Of a DNA stretch of 64,000 nucleotides, positions 59,579-64,000 are shown piece after piece. The DNA lies in NCBI RefSeq assembly GCF_964204645.1, contig NC_134027.1, positions 24,328,560-24,392,559 on the forward strand. Direction: 5' to 3'. The notes beneath the pieces were generated by a model that was not told where the DNA came from, ran no database searches, and saw only the letters and a program-made list of their open reading frames with translations. This DNA comes from Tubulanus polymorphus (Eukaryota > Animalia > Nemertea). The first letter of the stretch is position 1, and the number at the start of each line of letters is the position of its first letter. The position numbers were made by a program, and so were the translations under genes.

Positions 59579-59740
59579 CATTTGAAAATTGGGGCAATTT
59601 CGCGTATGCACTTTACGAACGACCCCTTATGGAATGTGATGGGTCGAGAAAGACTACTTGAGATCAGAAAAAATTCTACAAAGAAATATTTCACGCGGTA
59701 GTCGTCGTCGGAGTCATCGTCGAAGTCATCGGCTGGTTCA

Positions 59741-62700
59741 TTAGTGAGCGGCCATGCCGTTCATGATGTATTCCATCGGCGTTTCCATGGCGACTTCGTT
59801 GTGTTTTTTCATCGTGTAGTGATCGCGCGTGAATTCTTGTATGCGTTTACAAGCTTCGACCATCTGCTCTTCGGGAACGGTTAGAACGATGCGTACGTAT
59901 CCCGCAATACTGAAACACTGAAATAGAAATACCGCGAATTAAAATACAAGATTGCAGCTGGATTTTTTCTGGAATGTCTAATGTCTGATGTTCGTAGTTC
60001 ATTTTCAATTAGAAATGTCTCTAGACGAAGTACTGAACGCGTGTGAAGTGTGAACGATCAGTTTTTGAAAATATGCTCATAAATTGTCTGTTCAATGTTA
60101 GTAGTTCGTTTTCAATTAAAAATGTCTCAGGTGAAGTACTGAACACATGTGAAGTGTGGGCGATTAGTTTTCGGAAGTGTGCTGATAAAATGTCCAATAG
60201 CTGGTGTTCGTACATTTCCAATTAGAAATGTCTCAGACGAAGTACTGAACACAAGTGTGGACGATCAGTTTTTGAAAATGTGCTGATGTCTAACGTCTGG
60301 TGTTTGTAGTTCATTTTCTATCAAAAATGTCTCAAGTGAAGTACTGAACACATTCAAAGTCAGGATTATCAAAATTCGGTAGAATACTTGAGCGATCAAG
60401 TATAGATTATTTGAGGAGGGCGAGGGTCCGACATAGAAAATAATGGTACCTTTCCAGGCAGACAGAACACGGACTGCTCAGATACAAGAGCCTCGACCAG
60501 TTCCAGATCAGTCTTATACTCGGGGAAATGAGCCATATCGAATCGAACCTGCAAATAATAATTCAATATAAGTTTCGTTGAAAAAGTCGAAATCATTCTG
60601 CAAACGATGGAAATGCGTTTTGTTTTATATGTAATCGTACCATGAAATACATGGCTCCTTGAGGCATGATCGGGTGTAGACCTTTAGCTTTCGACAGCTC
60701 TTTGAAGCAGATCTCAGCGTTTTTCTGTAAATCATAAAAAAATCATGATAATTAACAATTTGAAGAATGCTTTTGACTTGGGACCAGGATCCAGTTCTGA
60801 CTGAATTGATATCAACGCCAAGTTAACTCTAACTCACAACAGTGGAACTGGATCCAGTCTGATAGAGTTGTTATATCAACTTAAATCGAGTTCAGCCCAG
60901 GGTTAAAGCAAAAATACATAAAAGAGAAAGTTTTTATGTAATTTAGGTTTAAGTTAATACTAGTCCATAACACCGGGCCCAGTTCTATGATGTGTGTGTC
61001 TGTTTTCACTCTGATAGCCCCGATAAATGATGTTTCTTTATAAGAAATTCTCAAATCTAACAATCTGGGCCTGGTTCTACAGTTCTTTGAATTTGGTTCG
61101 AACAAGAGATATGACTCAAGGGCGAAATTTTATCCCGTAGTGTACTATTCTCACCTGACAGTGAATGGCTGTCTGCTCAAAGAACGACTCTTTGGTATTA
61201 GCGAGAATAGCAGGAACGGCGGCTTGTATCAGGGTATTCGGTCCGAGGAATCGCGTGATCAGATTCTGTAGACCGAGTCGAACCTAAAATGCATCAGAAA
61301 ACTTTCACATAACCGTTTTTGTTCGAAGAAAATTTATCAACCCTCATAGAATTACCGTACTCACTTCGGCGCCAAATATTCCCTGTTTGTCGTTGATAAG
61401 AATCCAACCGCACCTCCAGCCTGGCACTAAGTACCTACACGAGAAGAACAATGATTTACATTTCATCATAAAAACAAAGAAGTGGTCGAAAGTCATTGTA
61501 ACAATGCCCGAGTGGTGCTCAATGGGTTCATGGGAAGAAGGAAACTTAAACCTGCTAATTATACTCCGAGCGGTGCTAAGGTTGAAGGGAAACGTAAGAA
61601 ATCTATATGTACCGTTTAGTGAGTCCACCGCACGATAGGACTGGAACCGTAGTTGTCAGAGTAGCCGTGAAATGAAACTCATTTCCTGGGAATGTCTGAA
61701 ATATATGAATCTTATAAATGAACGTCATCGTAGTTTCAATACGTAAATCTCTTCGGCCCTTTTTGATTGCGTGCTTCCTGATGATGGAATAACTTTCTCA
61801 GGAGAACATTTCTACTGTTACGGAGATGGAAGAATTGGCAGAAACTGCAAGAAGCTAATTCATCTCCTGGAGAGCGCAATCGAAAATGGCCATAGTTATC
61901 TTTAGGACGTATCGGAATTGCTACTGTGGCTGCAAATAAGAGGACTAGGCAGTGTTCAAGGGGGTAATCTACATGCAAATATATGGAAATGGGGCTATAG
62001 AAAAACTTTTTAGGAGTCCTAAAATCTAAATGAACAAAATTTCAACCGAGTCATTGAATAGGTAAGCCATTTTGCCGGCAGCTTGTAGGTTGAATAAAGT
62101 ATTGATAATTAACTACTTACGAAAAATGCGTAAATCTCGTCGGCGATGACCGGAATTTTGTACGTTTCGCAGATCTCTAGGATGTGTTTGATGTGCTGTT
62201 TACTGAACACCGATCCGCACGGGTTCGACGGACTGTTCAAAACGATCGCAGCTGTTTTGTCGTCGATCAACGACTCGAAATGATCCAGATCTATTTCCCA
62301 ACCGCGTTCGGGCTATTTCAGAAAAAATACGAGGAGAAAAATATTTCGATAAATGAGTTTCGTATCTAGTGTAGTCTGGAAATTTCACTGGTTTATCAAA
62401 ATGACATTGTTGGATTTGATTTGTGAAACGTTTCAAATTTTTCTCATCATCATGGGGATTATATGTACGAATGCTTTGATTTTGAAGAAGTAGCCTAGAG
62501 ATACAGTTAGCGCAACTTGCTCACTTTAAAAGACCAGATTCAACTGTCCTTATCTAAATCCACCCATATTGCTTCAAAATTTAAGTCTTGAATTATTCAA
62601 CCATCCCTTTTCGGTCAAATCCTATTCGACGAACTCACCACGAGGTCGTAATGCTTGGTTTCGATGCCGATCGAGTTGGCGAGCGTCGTATAGAGGGGAA

Positions 62701-63673
62701 AACCCGGACGCGGTACGAGGATATTCTGTCCCGGATTGGCCAACACGGTAATACACATCTCTAACGCGCTGGAACATCCGCTGGTTAGTATTACATCCTG
62801 TAAATATCGGTAATACATACTTAATCAGGTATAGGGCCAATCTAAACAACGTCCATCTTACGTTTTGCATACCGGTATCTAAATAAGTCTATCATGTACA
62901 CCTGCATTATGTTACACATATCTAAATAATTACATCATTTACACCTGCATTATGTTATACATATCTAAATAATTCCATTGCTTACATCTGCATTATGCTA
63001 TACATATCTAAATTATAACATTGTGTACACCTGCATTATGTTGTTGTACATATCAAAATGATCATATCATGTACACCTATATTATGTTAAACATATCTTA
63101 ATAATTCTATCTAAATAATTACATAACGTACACCTACAATATGGAAAAATATTATCATATCCAGTGAAACCCGCTTAATCTGGATATTATCGATGGCATT
63201 AATTTACATGAGACATGATGTTATAATCCATCTCATCAACCGTATGAATTTCATCAGTCCTAATGAGGTTTAAGTTACATGCATAGATCACACATCAACA
63301 CTGCATTTCACTGAATACCGACAGTTTATATCAAAAATAGATTATCTATATTCATACTGGATAATCTACATCCATATCAAATTGTATACATATGTATATG
63401 TATCTCATCCATATCAAATTGTATTCATATGTATAAGTATCTACCCTGGACCCAGTTCCACAGTTCTGTGTTACGATTTGACTCAGAGTTAACTCATTGA
63501 AAATGAACTTATCTTAACTCGGAGTTAACTCTAACTCAGAACTGTGGAACTGGGTCCTGGTATGTAGCATAAGTTGAAGTGAATTTTAGAATTCATCGCA
63601 CGCACCTTTGAAGTGAGAGGAGCTTCTTCAGTGTTGTAATATTGGGCGATAGCGGCTCGCGTAGACTCAATTC
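59741..63673 (-). CDS. TAT: Tyrosine aminotransferase, 3' part (9 exons visible; 5' exons lie beyond the window)
   Basis: Approximate exons: 63606-63673; 62639-62797 ([36 protein letters not shown]); 62121-62312 ([12 protein letters not shown]...IADEIY); 61613-61695 ([12 protein letters not shown] lysine); 61365-61434 ([10 protein letters not shown]); 61156-61284; 60641-60725 (PQGAMY); 60450-60548 (EQSVFCLPG); 59741-59917. Confidence 0.95.
59970..60360. repeat. Degenerate tandem repeat in a TAT intron, same family as 22545-23060
   Basis: aaatgtctcag..gaagtactgaacac...gatcagtttttgaaaa units repeat. Confidence 0.75.
62875..63150. repeat. Minisatellite of about 43 bp in a TAT intron
   Basis: tacacctgcattatgttatacatatctaaataat occurs at about 62897, 62940, 62983, 63026 and 63072. 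Confidence 0.85.
63449..63556. mobile_element. Short PIF/Harbinger-like MITE
   Basis: CTG-gacccagttccacagttctg...cagaactgtggaactgggtc-CTG: a 20-bp perfect TIR with a 3-bp CWG TSD. Related degenerate copies are at about 17682, 29645, 58357 and 60788. Confidence 0.75.
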
Positions 63674-64000
63674 CTGCAATAAAAATATCAATCAGGTAAA
63701 AGTCTTCAGTTAGGTTTTATTTAATTACATTAATTCTGTTTGTTCAGAGGCAACGACATTGATTTCCGCTTAAAGGTGGGCAGGTGGGCGTTTCAGGGTG
63801 TGTGTAAAACAGAAAATTATTTTCCCACTTATCAGTATGTGGTGGATATGATAACATTGTCGGATAAAAAAAATTCAGCCACACAAATGAAGAGCGGGTC
63901 GATATAACTGATAAAGTGCAAACAGAATTCTCGATAAAAAAAAGCAAAAAAGATCCATCCATTCAGATATGAATGCAATACCGACAAAAATCAGCTGTCC

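Noticed and set aside
21376-64000. GSS + NAT + TAT as a metabolic gene cluster
   Set aside because: TAT is about 27 kb from the NAT gene with unrelated genes between them; there is no evidence of co-regulation from sequence alone.

Overview
AT-rich, intron-containing eukaryotic DNA from an invertebrate animal. The gene content looks lophotrochozoan, but the taxon cannot be fixed from sequence alone. Genes, left to right: the 5' part of a secreted Thr-rich micro-exon gene (-), a 5-exon gene with a CBM20-like segment (+), a nephrin-like Ig/FN3 single-pass receptor with a 1-bp frameshift in one exon (-), glutathione synthetase (+, 12 coding exons), a camello/NAT8-like GNAT (+), a speriolin-like gene (-), a tandem array of five intronless peptide-type GPCRs (-, one disrupted by a MITE), and the 3' part of tyrosine aminotransferase (-). 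Repeats include a 5'-truncated LINE, a tRNA-derived SINE, at least six MITE families with readable TIRs and TSDs, and several minisatellites that seem to derive from MITE termini. The most notable observations are: (i) an intact minimal hammerhead-ribozyme motif in a long inverted repeat (Penelope-like), with degenerate relatives elsewhere; (ii) a 9-bp-TSD MITE whose arms carry outward-facing Pol III B-boxes; (iii) GPCR copies that read as recombinant chimeras of their neighbours; (iv) substitutions in GSS substrate-binding motifs. All exon coordinates were derived by hand from splice signals and frame continuity; no database search was run.
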